Positions 1 through 10,486 of a stretch of DNA of 64,000 nt are shown piece after piece. The notes under the pieces were generated by a model. The model saw nothing but the letters and a program-made list of their open reading frames with translations. It was not told the DNA's origin and made no database searches. Both the position numbers and the translations under genes were made by a program. The DNA is from Planctomycetaceae bacterium (GTDB lineage Bacteria > Planctomycetota > Planctomycetia > Planctomycetales > Planctomycetaceae), in NCBI GenBank assembly GCA_047973435.1, contig JBKECA010000285.1, positions 575-64,574 on the forward strand, in the 5' to 3' direction. How positions within the stretch are numbered: position 1 is the stretch's first letter; each line of letters begins with the position of its first letter.

Positions 1-33
1 GCTGTGCTTATGGTGGCGTCCTGACCTGCCGAG

Positions 34-1635
34 ATGGCGACCCGCCATTGCGTTCAATATGTCGAGGAACAGGAAATGCCGGCTTTGGACTTGAAGGACT
101 TTGAATGGAAGACCGTTGTGCGTCCGCTGACGTTGGACGATTTCGATGCGTTGATTGATATGCAGCAGCAATGCTTTCCCGGGATGAAGACCTGGGGGCG
201 GGATCAGATCGAGAGCCAGATCCGAACCTTCCCCGAAGGTCAGCTGGCGGTCGAGGTCGACGGTCGTCTGGCGGCCTCGTCCAGCAGCCTGGTCCTGGAA
301 TATGACCCCAACATGGCATGGCACGACTGGAAGAAGGTCGCCGACAGCGGGTACATCCGCAATCACACCGCCAAAGGAGATACGCTGTACGGCATCGAGA
401 TTATGGTGCATCCCGAATTTCGGGGCATGAAGCTATCTCGCCGACTGTATGATGCCCGCAAAGTGCTGTGCCGCGAACGGAACCTGGGACGGATTATCAT
501 TGCTGGACGGATTCCCGGTTACGGCGAGCACGCCGACTCAATGACTGCCCGCGAGTACATCGAAGATGTCATGGACAAGACGATGTTCGATCCTGTGCTC
601 ACCGCGCAGCTGTCAAACGGCTTTTCGCTAAAGGGACTGATCCCCAATTACTTTCCTTCAGACGAAGCCAGCCGGGGCTTCGCCACGTTTCTCGAGTGGC
701 CTAACCTGGACTACCGCCGAGGCGCCAAGCGGCGGTATGGACACACCACGGAACCGATTCGCCTCGCCGTGGTGCAGTACCAGATGCGGACCATTACCAG
801 TTTTGATGAGTTTGCCCGGCAATGCGAGTTCTTCATCGACACGGCCAGCGAGTACAAAAGTGATTTTGTGCTGTTTCCCGAACTGTTTACGACGCAGCTG
901 CTGTCCTGTGTCGATCAAACCCGTCCCGGAGAAGCGGCTCGCCGGCTGGCGGACTTCACGCCGCAGTATCTGGACCTGTTCACCGAGCTGGCGGTCAAGT
1001 TCGACGTCAACATCATTGGTGGCTCGCAGTTCGTGATTGAGGATGGCTACCTGTACAATGTGTCGTATCTGTTTCGACGCGATGGCACGCTTGGGAAGCA
1101 GGACAAGATTCACATCACTCCCAGTGAACGCAAGTGGTGGGGGGTGACTCCCGGCCGTCACGTCAACGTGTTCGACACGGACTGCGGCGTCATCTCGATT
1201 CTGATCTGCTATGACATTGAGTTCCCGGAACTCGTCCGCATTGCGGCCCAGAAGGGGGCGCAGATCATCTTCGTTCCATTCAACACTGACACACGATCAG
1301 GCTACCTCCGTGTGCGAAACTGTGCTCTGGCCCGCTGCGTGGAAAACCACGTTTATGTCGCGGTGGCAGGCTGCACGGGGAATCTGCCGTTTGTCGAGAA
1401 TTCGGACATTCACTACGCGCAGTCGGCCATCTTCACGCCAGCGGATGCGGAGTTCGCCCGGGATGCGGTGGCGGCGGAATGTAACGCCAACATCGAGACG
1501 ATGATTATCCACGATGTCGACGTAGAGCAGTTGCGTCGGCACAAGGAGGCAGGCAGCGTCCAGAACTGGAACGATCGCCGTCGCGATCTGTACAAGGTGG
1601 TCTACGTCGAAAATGGCCAGCAGCACGAAGTGTGA
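34..1635 (+). CDS. bifunctional GNAT N-acetyltransferase / carbon-nitrogen hydrolase (nitrilase superfamily) protein
   Basis: 533-aa ORF. The N-terminal ~200 aa is acetyltransferase-like ([19 protein letters not shown]). The C-terminal ~290 aa has a nitrilase fold with the catalytic Cys motif [10 protein letters not shown]. An alternative ATG lies at 76. Confidence 0.85.
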   Translation: MATRHCVQYVEEQEMPALDLKDFEWKTVVRPLTLDDFDALIDMQQQCFPGMKTWGRDQIESQIRTFPEGQLAVEVDGRLAASSSSLVLEYDPNMAWHDWKKVADSGYIRNHTAKGDTLYGIEIMVHPEFRGMKLSRRLYDARKVLCRERNLGRIIIAGRIPGYGEHADSMTAREYIEDVMDKTMFDPVLTAQLSNGFSLKGLIPNYFPSDEASRGFATFLEWPNLDYRRGAKRRYGHTTEPIRLAVVQYQMRTITSFDEFARQCEFFIDTASEYKSDFVLFPELFTTQLLSCVDQTRPGEAARRLADFTPQYLDLFTELAVKFDVNIIGGSQFVIEDGYLYNVSYLFRRDGTLGKQDKIHITPSERKWWGVTPGRHVNVFDTDCGVISILICYDIEFPELVRIAAQKGAQIIFVPFNTDTRSGYLRVRNCALARCVENHVYVAVAGCTGNLPFVENSDIHYAQSAIFTPADAEFARDAVAAECNANIETMIIHDVDVEQLRRHKEAGSVQNWNDRRRDLYKVVYVENGQQHEV

Positions 1636-1756
1636 TCCGCCCGCACCGGTCGTTCCGTCGACATTGTTCGTGCGGATGCGGTGACTTCGAGGACCAGAGC
1701 ACGCTGGAATCGCCGCCAGCGGGAGTGGCAGATTCGTTCTGGCGTGAACCTGCGGC

Positions 1757-2284
1757 TCACTCCGTTGCCGCCGATCCCGCCCAGATCCGCAACTGCTGAG
1801 TTCGCGCGGCTTTTTCTGCCTGCTGGAACCTCCGCTGCAGATCACTGCGATACGGGAATGACGTCACAGCACGGCTGTAGCCCTCGCGAATCAGGGACTC
1901 GTTCAGCAGTTCGCCTTCAATCCAGACAAACGCCAGCACGCGGCGGTACGGGTCCAGACGTTCCCGATCGTACTGCAGGGTTACTACCCGGCCGTCGACC
2001 CGGCTGTGGGTGTAGGCAGCCGCTTGTGGTCCCCACAGTTCCGGGGGCCGGTCGGGATGCTTCGTTTCGGGGGTATCGACCCCAATCAGCCGTACGCGGG
2101 AACCATCCGCCAGCAGCAGCGTGTCGCCGTCAATTGCCCGAAGCACTTGCACGGGGGTGTCACTCGGCGGCAATCGCAATTCACTGCTGGATCGGCCACG
2201 CAGCAACCGAAGACCGATCAGAGACAGCCCGCACAGCAGCAGCCAGATGGGCCAGGTTGGGAACGGCCGCCGCGGTCGAGCCAT
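1757..2284 (-). CDS. thermonuclease (staphylococcal nuclease-like) family protein with N-terminal membrane anchor/signal
   Basis: 175-aa ORF with a hydrophobic N-terminus, followed by the SNase-type motif DGDTLLL..RVRLIGVDTPE and RVLAFVW...LNESLIREGY. Confidence 0.8.
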   Translation of the reverse strand: MARPRRPFPTWPIWLLLCGLSLIGLRLLRGRSSSELRLPPSDTPVQVLRAIDGDTLLLADGSRVRLIGVDTPETKHPDRPPELWGPQAAAYTHSRVDGRVVTLQYDRERLDPYRRVLAFVWIEGELLNESLIREGYSRAVTSFPYRSDLQRRFQQAEKAARTQQLRIWAGSAATE

Positions 2285-2351
2285 CGATGGTCCCTTTGTC
2301 GATGGCGGCGGTCACCGTTCCTGGCTTCTGCTCCTGGCCTCTGGCTGAACG

Positions 2352-2654
2352 TCAATTCTGGCTGAAGAGCTTGAATCGGCGAAACGACTCTCGCCCCAGC
2401 GGATCCTTGAGAAACCGTTCGAGGCATTGTGAGCAGAGATCAAAGCGGAACTTTTTCGGACCAGTCTCGGCAATCTCGAACTGACTGGTGTCTTCCAGTT
2501 CGTCCAGTTCGTCGGCGATCGATTGTAGATGGTCACCGTCGAGATCTTCGCCGGTAATCTCGTCCGGGTCGAATGCCGCGGCGACTTCGAGCTTGGCCTC
2601 AAAACGTTCCCGCGCGATCATTCGTCCGCACAGGTCGCAGGTAAACTGCATCAT
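2352..2654 (-). CDS. hypothetical small acidic protein with two CxxC pairs (zinc-ribbon-like)
   Basis: 100-aa ORF with CDLC near the N-terminus, CSQC near the C-terminus and an acidic centre. I recognise no family. Confidence 0.5.
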   Translation of the reverse strand: MMQFTCDLCGRMIARERFEAKLEVAAAFDPDEITGEDLDGDHLQSIADELDELEDTSQFEIAETGPKKFRFDLCSQCLERFLKDPLGRESFRRFKLFSQN

Positions 2655-2955
2655 CGGCTTGTATCCCTTCCCCGCCCACCGGGGATGATGTCACTCAACT
2701 TTCATCAGACCCGTCACTCCACAAGTGACATTTCAGATTGGAACACAAACCCGTCACGGTGTGAAGCGCGAATAGTGCGGGCAGAGGACTGAGAAAAACT
2801 TCAGGGTTGACATCATCTTAGAGATTGATCCGTATCGGCCACGCGACAAGCTTGCGTGATGCCATCGGCATGGTCACAGTTCCCCTGGCACGAAGACAAC
2901 GGCATTGCCGTTTAGCGTGCGATGATTATTAGGGCTGCCACTCTGGAACGACATC

Positions 2956-3783
2956 ATGGGATGGATCATTCCGCTGCTGACTCTCACCGCGATGGAGATC
3001 GTGCTGGGAATCGACAATATCGTCTTTATCGCGATTCTCTCTTCACGTCTTCCGGTCGACCAGCAGGCCAAGGCCCGCACGCTGGGGCTGGGTGCCGCAT
3101 TGGTCTCTCGCATTCTTCTGCTCTTCTCACTGAGCTGGCTGCTCAGTCTGACGACGCCGGTTTTTTATCTGACCGATCTCGGCATTCCCGCCGCGTGGGT
3201 CGAAGGCAACGCCACGGTTGGCGCTCATGCGCCAGCCGCGCCTGCTGCCGACGGCGAAGTCAGTCACACGCCGCCAGCGGACCTGCACGATATGAACGGC
3301 GTCTCGTGGCGCGATCTGATTCTGCTGGTGGGTGGACTTTTTCTGATCGGCAAAAGTGTGACCGAGATTCACCACAAGATCGAAGGGGTCGATGGTGAGC
3401 ACAACACCCCCGACCAGGTTTCCATGATGAGTGTCCTGATCCAGATCGCAATTCTGGACATCATCTTCTCGCTCGATTCGGTCATCACAGCGGTTGGCAT
3501 GGCCAAGCAGCTATGGGTAATGGTGACAGCTGTCATCCTCGCCGTCGGCGTCATGCTCTGGGCTGCCGGCCCCATCAGCGGATTTGTAGAGCGCCATCCG
3601 ACGCTTAAAATTCTGGCGCTCAGCTTTCTGATCCTGATCGGCGTGCTCCTCGTGGCGGAAGGGATCGGCAGCCCGGTCAACAAGGGATACATCTATTTTG
3701 CGATGGCGTTTTCGCTGGTTGTGGAAATGATCAATCTCAAGATCCGCAAGCCGGGGGCGTCGCGGATCAACGCGACGCATTAA
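2956..3783 (+). CDS. TerC family integral membrane protein
   Basis: 275-aa multi-pass membrane ORF with the TerC-type motifs EIVLGIDNIVFIAIL and LDIIFSLDSVITAVGM. Confidence 0.85.
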   Translation: MGWIIPLLTLTAMEIVLGIDNIVFIAILSSRLPVDQQAKARTLGLGAALVSRILLLFSLSWLLSLTTPVFYLTDLGIPAAWVEGNATVGAHAPAAPAADGEVSHTPPADLHDMNGVSWRDLILLVGGLFLIGKSVTEIHHKIEGVDGEHNTPDQVSMMSVLIQIAILDIIFSLDSVITAVGMAKQLWVMVTAVILAVGVMLWAAGPISGFVERHPTLKILALSFLILIGVLLVAEGIGSPVNKGYIYFAMAFSLVVEMINLKIRKPGASRINATH

Positions 3784-3856
3784 CGAACCGAACGTAAGTC
3801 GACGTCGTATCGGTCGGCGTCGTCTCGGTCGGCCGTTCGCGGTCAGACGGTCGGTC

Positions 3857-4822
3857 TCACACCGCGCTCCGGGAGGCCACGTCGCCCCGCGCGGCGATGG
3901 CCGTCTCAATTCGGGAGAGTTGATCGGGTGTTAGCGTCCAGCTCTGGGCCCGCGCGGTTTCCTGAATTTGTTCGGGACGCTTTGCACCGCAGAGGGCGGT
4001 CGTGATTCCTGGACGTTGCAGCACCCAGGCCACCGCCAGTTCCGCCAGTGTATGTCCCGACTCGTCTGCGATGGGGCGAATCGCGTCCAGGAAGTTGTGG
4101 TTCTGCGTCCACTGCTCCCCCTGAAAAAGTGGGTATTTCTGGCGGCCATCCTGCGGATGCCACACATGGTCCCGCAGCAGCTTTCCAGCAAGAAACCCCT
4201 TCATCAGCGGCCAGTACACCATCAGCGACACATCGTGGTCCCGGCACCAGGGGACCTGCTCCGCCTCAATTTCCCGTTGCAGCATGTTGTAATGCGGCTG
4301 GCTGGCTGAAATGGGACAGACCGCTTGAAAGGTCTCGAACTGCTCCCGCGTTTGAAAGTTCGACACCCCGATGGCACGCACCTTGCCGGACTCCTGCAGT
4401 TCGCGAAGGGCACCCGCCGAATCCGCCAAGGGTGTCGACGGATCCGGTGCATGCAGGTAGTACAGGTCAATCCGATCGGTCTGCAGTCGCAGTAACGATT
4501 CCTCGCATTCGCGGCGAATCGTCTCCGGACGGGCATCCTTGACTTGCTTGCGGTCTGGCCCCCAGTGCAGTCCGCACTTTGAAGCAAGGATCAGTTCATC
4601 TCGACGATGCCCTAACGCCTTGGCGATCAGTTTCTCGCTTTCCCCGGCGAAGCCATACACATAAGCCGTGTCGAAAAAATTGATTCCCGCGTCGACCGCG
4701 GCCTGCAGCGTCGCCAGCGAATTGGCTTCCGTCACACCGATGCTTGTGACCCCTGCAATCGGCCAGCACCCCATCGCGATGGGGCTGACTTGAATTCCAG
4801 TTCGTCCGATCTCTCGATACAT
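3857..4822 (-). CDS. aldo/keto reductase
   Basis: 321-aa ORF with GINFFDTAYVYG, LYYLHAPD and IGVSNF motifs typical of the AKR superfamily. Confidence 0.9.
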   Translation of the reverse strand: MYREIGRTGIQVSPIAMGCWPIAGVTSIGVTEANSLATLQAAVDAGINFFDTAYVYGFAGESEKLIAKALGHRRDELILASKCGLHWGPDRKQVKDARPETIRRECEESLLRLQTDRIDLYYLHAPDPSTPLADSAGALRELQESGKVRAIGVSNFQTREQFETFQAVCPISASQPHYNMLQREIEAEQVPWCRDHDVSLMVYWPLMKGFLAGKLLRDHVWHPQDGRQKYPLFQGEQWTQNHNFLDAIRPIADESGHTLAELAVAWVLQRPGITTALCGAKRPEQIQETARAQSWTLTPDQLSRIETAIAARGDVASRSAV

Positions 4823-5370
4823 GGTTTGGTTTCCAATTCCGTTGCGGAAGCGAAACGCCTCAGGGAAAGTCCTGGCAATCCGCAGACGAATGTCGATGCG
4901 GAAACGGTTGTCGCGCGCTGGCTCAAGTTGTTGAACTTAAATCGTCAATGAATCGTCAAAGGCCCGGCCGTTACGAAGCCGAGTTCGCAGCAACTCAATA
5001 GACTGCAGAAAGAACATCGCCGAAGCAACTCCAAACACCGGCATGTCAAAGAGTGGTGAAAGAACGATTTCTCAGAGGAAGACGCTGAGGAGTTCCGACC
5101 TCCACAGTCAACCGGCGCGCTGCAGCGTCGGTTGGGGAGCGATTTCAGGGGCGTGTTCCGCTTTCGGTCGTCTCGTGACTCGGGCAGGATTGGTCGAATT
5201 TCCACGCTCTCCCACAACACGCGCCGTCTTCACGATCCGCCTCGTCGTGAGGACCGGGTCTGACTGCAAATCCTGAACGACTGCGGCGTGATTCGGGTGA
5301 CTTTGACAGCCCTGCGCAGGGTCGCCACAATCGCGGCTCACCTTTGTTTCCCTCCTCGTCCAGATCGCAA

Positions 5371-5928
5371 ATGAATCTGTTGCAACGACACGCTGAAGGC
5401 CTCAGCTACTCTGAATTTCTCTCTCGCTACGGCAGTTCCGATCAGAAGCAGCGCTGGGACGATTTCCATACGCATGTCCGGCTGGCGCCGGCGCAAAAGG
5501 AACTATTGGGAGGCTTCCGTCGCCAGATGCCGGTTCTGGTCATCGCCGGAACGTGGTGCGGGGACTGCGTCAATCAGTGTCCCATCTTCGATCACTTTCA
5601 GGCTGCCTGTCCCGTGCTGGACATTCGCTACTTCGACCGGGATGCCAGCCCGGACCTGACCGCGACCTACCCGACCTGCGGCGGTGCCCGTGTCCCGACG
5701 GTTCTGTTTCTGAGTGAAGATGGCCACTTCTGCGGCCGCGCGGGCGACCGGACCCTGTCGAAGTATCGCGATATGATATCGCATCTCGATGGAGCGGCCT
5801 GTCCCACGGGACTGGTAGGCGACGTCAGCCTCACCGAAAAAGTCGTGCAGGATTGGCTCGATGAGTTCGAGCGACTTCAATGGATGTTGCGAACCTCGTC
5901 CCGGCTGCGACAATTGCACGGAGACTGA
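5371..5928 (+). CDS. thioredoxin-like family protein
   Basis: The ORF track starts at TTG 5344 and the first ATG is 5371 (MNLLQRH). It has a WCGDC redox motif within a thioredoxin-fold-length protein. Confidence 0.7.
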   Translation: MNLLQRHAEGLSYSEFLSRYGSSDQKQRWDDFHTHVRLAPAQKELLGGFRRQMPVLVIAGTWCGDCVNQCPIFDHFQAACPVLDIRYFDRDASPDLTATYPTCGGARVPTVLFLSEDGHFCGRAGDRTLSKYRDMISHLDGAACPTGLVGDVSLTEKVVQDWLDEFERLQWMLRTSSRLRQLHGD

Positions 5929-6006
5929 GTGCGGCACCAAACGAAGTTCTCGAAGGCGACCTGACCTCAACTCCATCCGTCCATCATTGACTGAAAGCTC
6001 GTCGCA

Positions 6007-7173
6007 ATGTTCCTCAAACTGACGATCTGCTGCGGCGTTGTCGGGATGCTGGCCCGCGCAGCGGCCGCAGACGAATTGACCATCTCGCAAGGGAAGGCCT
6101 CGGCTGTGATCCGCCTGGGAGACGAAGTCGTCGGTACTTACCGATACGCCCCCGACCTCCAGAAGCCGTATTTGATTGCTGTGTCGGCTCCGGGATCGAT
6201 CGAACAGCTCGTTGCAGAACTGGATCAGTCGCCGGCGGAGGAATTCGCGCCGGGCAATAAAGTCTACGTCGCAGTCGAACAGACGAAGTTGAAATCCGAT
6301 GACAAGAACACGGAGCCCTTGTGGTTTGGCGATGTCGTCAATGTAACGCAGGCGCGGGATGGGTGGTTGCGAATTGCTGATGGTTCAAGGTGGATCGCCG
6401 CCCGCGACGTGGTCCCGCTCAAGACGATGGTGACGCGGTTGGTGAACCTGAATCCCCCCGTGATCAAGGACCGGGCTCATCCCGACTTTTACGACCATCC
6501 GCACCACAAGGGAGTGTGGAATTCCATCGATGAAGTCAATGGCATCAGGTTCTGGGCAGAGCAGGGGAAAATCGCAAACGTCTCGGTCGAGGTCACAAAG
6601 CCGACCGGCAATCCGGTTGAGATGCGGGTTGTCAATCATTGGCTGGACCTCGACGGTCAGCCGCTGCTGGAGGAGCGCACGCTCATCTCGGTTCACGCTA
6701 ATCGGCTGTTCGCGTACGACATTACTTTTCAAGCTCTGGAACGCCCAGTGACATTCGAGGACACCAAGGAAGGAATGTTTGCCATTCGGCTGACAAACTC
6801 CATGCGAGAGCAGTTTGCCAATGGTCCCGTCGTGAACGCCGATGGTGTGCTAGGCTCAAAGGACTGTTGGGGACGCCCTTCCCCGTGGATAGACTACGTG
6901 GGCCCGATCGAACGAAACACTTTCGGGGTCACGATCATGGACGATCAGAAAAATCCTCGCAAGTCACGTTACCACGTTAGTGACTACGGCCTGTTCTCGA
7001 TCAGTCCGTTCGGTCAGGAGTCCTACACCAAAGGGACGGACGATCCTCAGCCGGCGGATCATCTGACGCTCAAGCCGCACGAGAGCACGCGCTACCGATA
7101 CGGGTTGTACATTCATCGCGGAGATGCTGTCGAAGGTCATGTGGCTGAGGCCTACGCGGAGTTCGCCCGATAG
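6007..7173 (+). CDS. PmoA-like (DUF6807) family protein with signal peptide and an SH3-like insert
   Basis: 388-aa ORF with a signal-like N-terminus. The C-terminal half matches the DUF6807/PmoA-like pattern (HPHHKGVW, GVTIMDDQKNPR, SDYGLFSISPFG). Confidence 0.7.
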   Translation: MFLKLTICCGVVGMLARAAAADELTISQGKASAVIRLGDEVVGTYRYAPDLQKPYLIAVSAPGSIEQLVAELDQSPAEEFAPGNKVYVAVEQTKLKSDDKNTEPLWFGDVVNVTQARDGWLRIADGSRWIAARDVVPLKTMVTRLVNLNPPVIKDRAHPDFYDHPHHKGVWNSIDEVNGIRFWAEQGKIANVSVEVTKPTGNPVEMRVVNHWLDLDGQPLLEERTLISVHANRLFAYDITFQALERPVTFEDTKEGMFAIRLTNSMREQFANGPVVNADGVLGSKDCWGRPSPWIDYVGPIERNTFGVTIMDDQKNPRKSRYHVSDYGLFSISPFGQESYTKGTDDPQPADHLTLKPHESTRYRYGLYIHRGDAVEGHVAEAYAEFAR

Positions 7174-7703
7174 CGGTCCCAAAGCCGGAATCGGGAAAAA
7201 CGATGCGGCCATACCGCACGGTGCCACGATCGATCTGGTCTCGCATCGAATCTCAAAACGAACGATGCGCTCCGATCCGCACCGCGCTAATCACGAGGGG
7301 AATCGTCGCGACGTCACTCCGGCGGGTGGTGTCCGCGTCTGCTGCGAAGTCGCCAACTCGAATCCGGCATTGGCGCAAATCTCACCTTGCGCGGAGTTGG
7401 CCAGCGGGACTCGCAGGGGGGTAAGGGCGGCGGTAGACTCAAGGTTTGAGCCAGTTTCAGAACCCGTTGCAGACGCTGTTCGCGTCTGCCGTGGCCTCGG
7501 CAATCCGCCGTGGCGAACGGGTCCGGCAACGTTGTGCGGGCATCATGACGAGGTCTTGAAACGGCTTCTTGGTAACGGTTCCCAACGTCCATTTGCAGCC
7601 GGGTCGGGTGACAGATTGCGGCGCCCCCATTTCAGACAAGTTGCATACGCTGTTGTCTGCCGAGCGGGACAGCGCCGACCCCAGGAATACAAGGTAGAGA
7701 CTC

Positions 7704-8987
7704 ATGAAGGTGCTGGTAATTGGCCAGGGAGGACGCGAGCACGCGCTGGTCTGGAAGCTCGCGCAGTCTCCCAAGGTCACTCAGGTTTATTGTGCCCCGG
7801 GCAACGCCGGGACAGCGCTCGACGGAGAGAACGTCGACATTTCGGCTGTCGATGCGCCACGGCTGGTGAAGTTCGCTCAGCAGGAAGGGATCGGGCTGAC
7901 TGTCGTCGGCCCGGAGGCACCACTGGTGGCGGGGGTGGTCGATGCGTTTGCCGCCGCGGGGCTGAAGGTGTTTGGCCCCACACAGGCCGCGGCGGCACTC
8001 GAGGGGAGCAAGATTTTCTCCAAAGAGGTCATGAAGCAGGCGGGAGTCCCCACGGGGGACTGGCGGTTCTTCGAGGACGCCGACACCGCCATGCAGTATC
8101 TCGACGAGCGCGGGAATGTCCCGCTAGTCGTGAAGGCCGATGGACTCTGCGCGGGAAAGGGAGTCGTCGTCTGTGACAATCAGGATCAGGCGGCGCTGGC
8201 GGTCCACGACATCCTGGTGGAAAACAAGTTTGGCGATGCGGGAAAACGTATCCTGATCGAGGAGCGGCTGGTTGGTCAGGAAGTCAGCATTCTGGCGCTG
8301 GTCGATGGTCGCACGATTGTCCCGCTCGAACCGGCACAGGACCACAAGGCGGCTTACGATGGCGATATCGGGCCGAATACCGGCGGCATGGGGGCTTACT
8401 CCCCTGCCGCATTCGCCACACCGGAACTGATGGATGAGGTCATCCACAAAATTCTGATCCCGACGGTTCACCAGATGCGTAAACGGGGCTGCGAGTTTCG
8501 CGGTGTGCTTTACGCCGGACTGATGCTCACGGCACAGGGGCCGAAAGTGCTGGAGTTCAATGTCCGCCTGGGCGACCCCGAGACACAACCAGTGCTGATG
8601 CGACTGCAGACCGATCTTCTAGATGTTCTTCTGGCGGCGACCGACGGCAAGCTGAAGGACCTGCCGCCCCTCAAGTGGGACCCGCGACCGTCCGTTTGTG
8701 TCGTCATGGCTTCCGAGGGCTATCCCGGTGACTACAAGAAGGGGCACGCCATTCGCGGTCTCGATCAGGCAGCAGCCTTGTCGAATGTCAAAGTTTTCCA
8801 TGCCGGCACCTCCCGAATTGGGACCGATGCTGTTAACGACGGGGGGCGGGTCTTGGGAGTGACGGCCATCGGCGATGACGTCGCAGGTGCCAAGAAGCGA
8901 GCGTACGAAGCCGTCAAGTGCATCCGCTGGTCCGGCGCATGGTGCCGCAAGGACATTTCGGACAAGGCGCGCGAATCCATCGGATGA
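7704..8987 (+). CDS. purD: phosphoribosylamine--glycine ligase
   Basis: 427-aa ORF starting MKVLVIGQGGREHALVWKLAQSP, with an ATP-grasp core and the C-terminal pattern GGRVLGVTA typical of PurD. Confidence 0.95.
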   Translation: MKVLVIGQGGREHALVWKLAQSPKVTQVYCAPGNAGTALDGENVDISAVDAPRLVKFAQQEGIGLTVVGPEAPLVAGVVDAFAAAGLKVFGPTQAAAALEGSKIFSKEVMKQAGVPTGDWRFFEDADTAMQYLDERGNVPLVVKADGLCAGKGVVVCDNQDQAALAVHDILVENKFGDAGKRILIEERLVGQEVSILALVDGRTIVPLEPAQDHKAAYDGDIGPNTGGMGAYSPAAFATPELMDEVIHKILIPTVHQMRKRGCEFRGVLYAGLMLTAQGPKVLEFNVRLGDPETQPVLMRLQTDLLDVLLAATDGKLKDLPPLKWDPRPSVCVVMASEGYPGDYKKGHAIRGLDQAAALSNVKVFHAGTSRIGTDAVNDGGRVLGVTAIGDDVAGAKKRAYEAVKCIRWSGAWCRKDISDKARESIG

Positions 8988-10444
8988 CGAGCATTCGGCA
9001 ACCGTTCGGCCCGCCCGACTCTGGTCCACACGCCCCGGACCCGCCCACGGGTTCAACAGACATCACGGTCAAGTCGTCGGTCATACCGTCGACGTTGTCC
9101 GCGGACATCTCCGTCTGGGCGCGCGTGGCCGCCTTGTCCTTTGGCGGCCCTGCCGGACAGATCGCGGTCATGCACCGCATCATTGTGGACGAGCAGCGAT
9201 GGCTCTCCGAGGATCGGTTTCTCCATGCACTCAACTACTGCATGCTGCTCCCCGGTCCTGAGGCGCAGCAACTGGCGACCTACATTGGCTGGTTGCGCCA
9301 CGGTGTCCGGGGGGGACTGCTGGCCGGCGGACTGTTCATCCTGCCGGGGTTCGTCTCCATCCTCGCACTCAGTGTTGTTTATGCCGAGTACCAGCAGCTG
9401 CCACTGCTGACGGGGCTTTTTCTCGGCCTGAAGGCGGCCGTCATTGCAATCGTCGTCGAAGCGGTCGTGCGGATCGGCAGGCGCGTCCTCAAGAGCCGGC
9501 TGCTCATCCTGCTGGCGGTGGCGTCCTTTATCGCCATCTTTGCTTTTCAGGCCCCCTTCCCGCTGGTGATCGCGAGTGCCGCGCTGATGGGACTGATTGT
9601 CCACCGCTGCTGGCCCGAAATGCTCTCGGCCCCCGCTGGACATGGCCCCCATATCACGCCACAGCCAACGACGACCGACCGTGAAGTGACTAACACTTCC
9701 GTACGTCTCGAAGACGACGGTCGCCCGCGATGGGGGCCCAGTCTGGGAGTTCTGGTGATTGCCGCGGCATTGTGGTTCGGTCCTCTGCTTGTGCTGCGTC
9801 ATTGGTTGGGAGCGAATTCAATCTGGGTGCAGGAGGGAATGTTTTTCAGCCAGGTCGCGGTCGTCACTTTCGGTGGGGCGTATGCCGTCCTGACCTACGT
9901 GGCCCAACAGGCGGTTGATCACTTTGGGTGGCTGCAGCCGGGAGAAATGCTTGATGGCCTTGGTCTGGCCGAGACAACACCCGGCCCGCTCATCATGGTT
10001 GTGCAGTTCGTTGGATTCCTGGCGGCTTATCGTAATCCCGGTCCCCTGTCTCCCTTAACGGCCGGAGTCCTGGGGGCGATGGTCACCGCCTGGGTTACGT
10101 TCGTTCCCTGCTTCTGCTGGATCTTTCTGGGGGCGCCGTTTGTCGAGCGGTTACGCAGCAATCGGGCATTAGCGGTGGCCCTGGCGGCCATTACTGCGGC
10201 CGTTGTGGGAGTCATCCTCAAACTGGCGGTCTGGTTCGCGATTCACACGATGTTTGGACAAGTGGTCACGCAAGACTGGCTGGGCATGTCATTGCCGGTG
10301 CCGGTCTGGGAATCGATCCGGCCAGTCACCGCCGGAATTGCGATTGTGGCGTTCAGTCTCACTTTTATCGGGAAACGCGGGATGGCCGTGACGCTGGCGA
10401 TCTGCGGCTCACTCGGGCTTTTGACCACCTGGCTATGGGGATAG
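8984..10444 (+). CDS. chrA: chromate transporter (CHR family)
   Basis: Duplicated CHR-type membrane domains (FGGPAGQIAVMHRIIVDEQRWL...LLPGPEAQQLATYIG; second half TFGGAYAVLTYV...GLGLAETTPGPLIM). I chose ATG 8984, which overlaps the purD stop as ATGA. The ORF track begins at 8918. Confidence 0.85.
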   Translation: MTSIRQPFGPPDSGPHAPDPPTGSTDITVKSSVIPSTLSADISVWARVAALSFGGPAGQIAVMHRIIVDEQRWLSEDRFLHALNYCMLLPGPEAQQLATYIGWLRHGVRGGLLAGGLFILPGFVSILALSVVYAEYQQLPLLTGLFLGLKAAVIAIVVEAVVRIGRRVLKSRLLILLAVASFIAIFAFQAPFPLVIASAALMGLIVHRCWPEMLSAPAGHGPHITPQPTTTDREVTNTSVRLEDDGRPRWGPSLGVLVIAAALWFGPLLVLRHWLGANSIWVQEGMFFSQVAVVTFGGAYAVLTYVAQQAVDHFGWLQPGEMLDGLGLAETTPGPLIMVVQFVGFLAAYRNPGPLSPLTAGVLGAMVTAWVTFVPCFCWIFLGAPFVERLRSNRALAVALAAITAAVVGVILKLAVWFAIHTMFGQVVTQDWLGMSLPVPVWESIRPVTAGIAIVAFSLTFIGKRGMAVTLAICGSLGLLTTWLWG

Positions 10445-10486
10445 CCGATCGACATACTTTCGCCGGCATCTCTGGCAAGGCGCAGT

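Noticed and set aside
2689-2955. Possible yybP-ykoY (Mn2+) riboswitch upstream of the TerC gene.
   Set aside because: TerC/Alx genes are often preceded by this riboswitch, so I looked for it. I found only loose resemblances (GGGTTGACATCA, GGGCAGAGGAC), not the conserved GGGGAGUAG and paired-loop motifs. Only a cmscan run could settle it.
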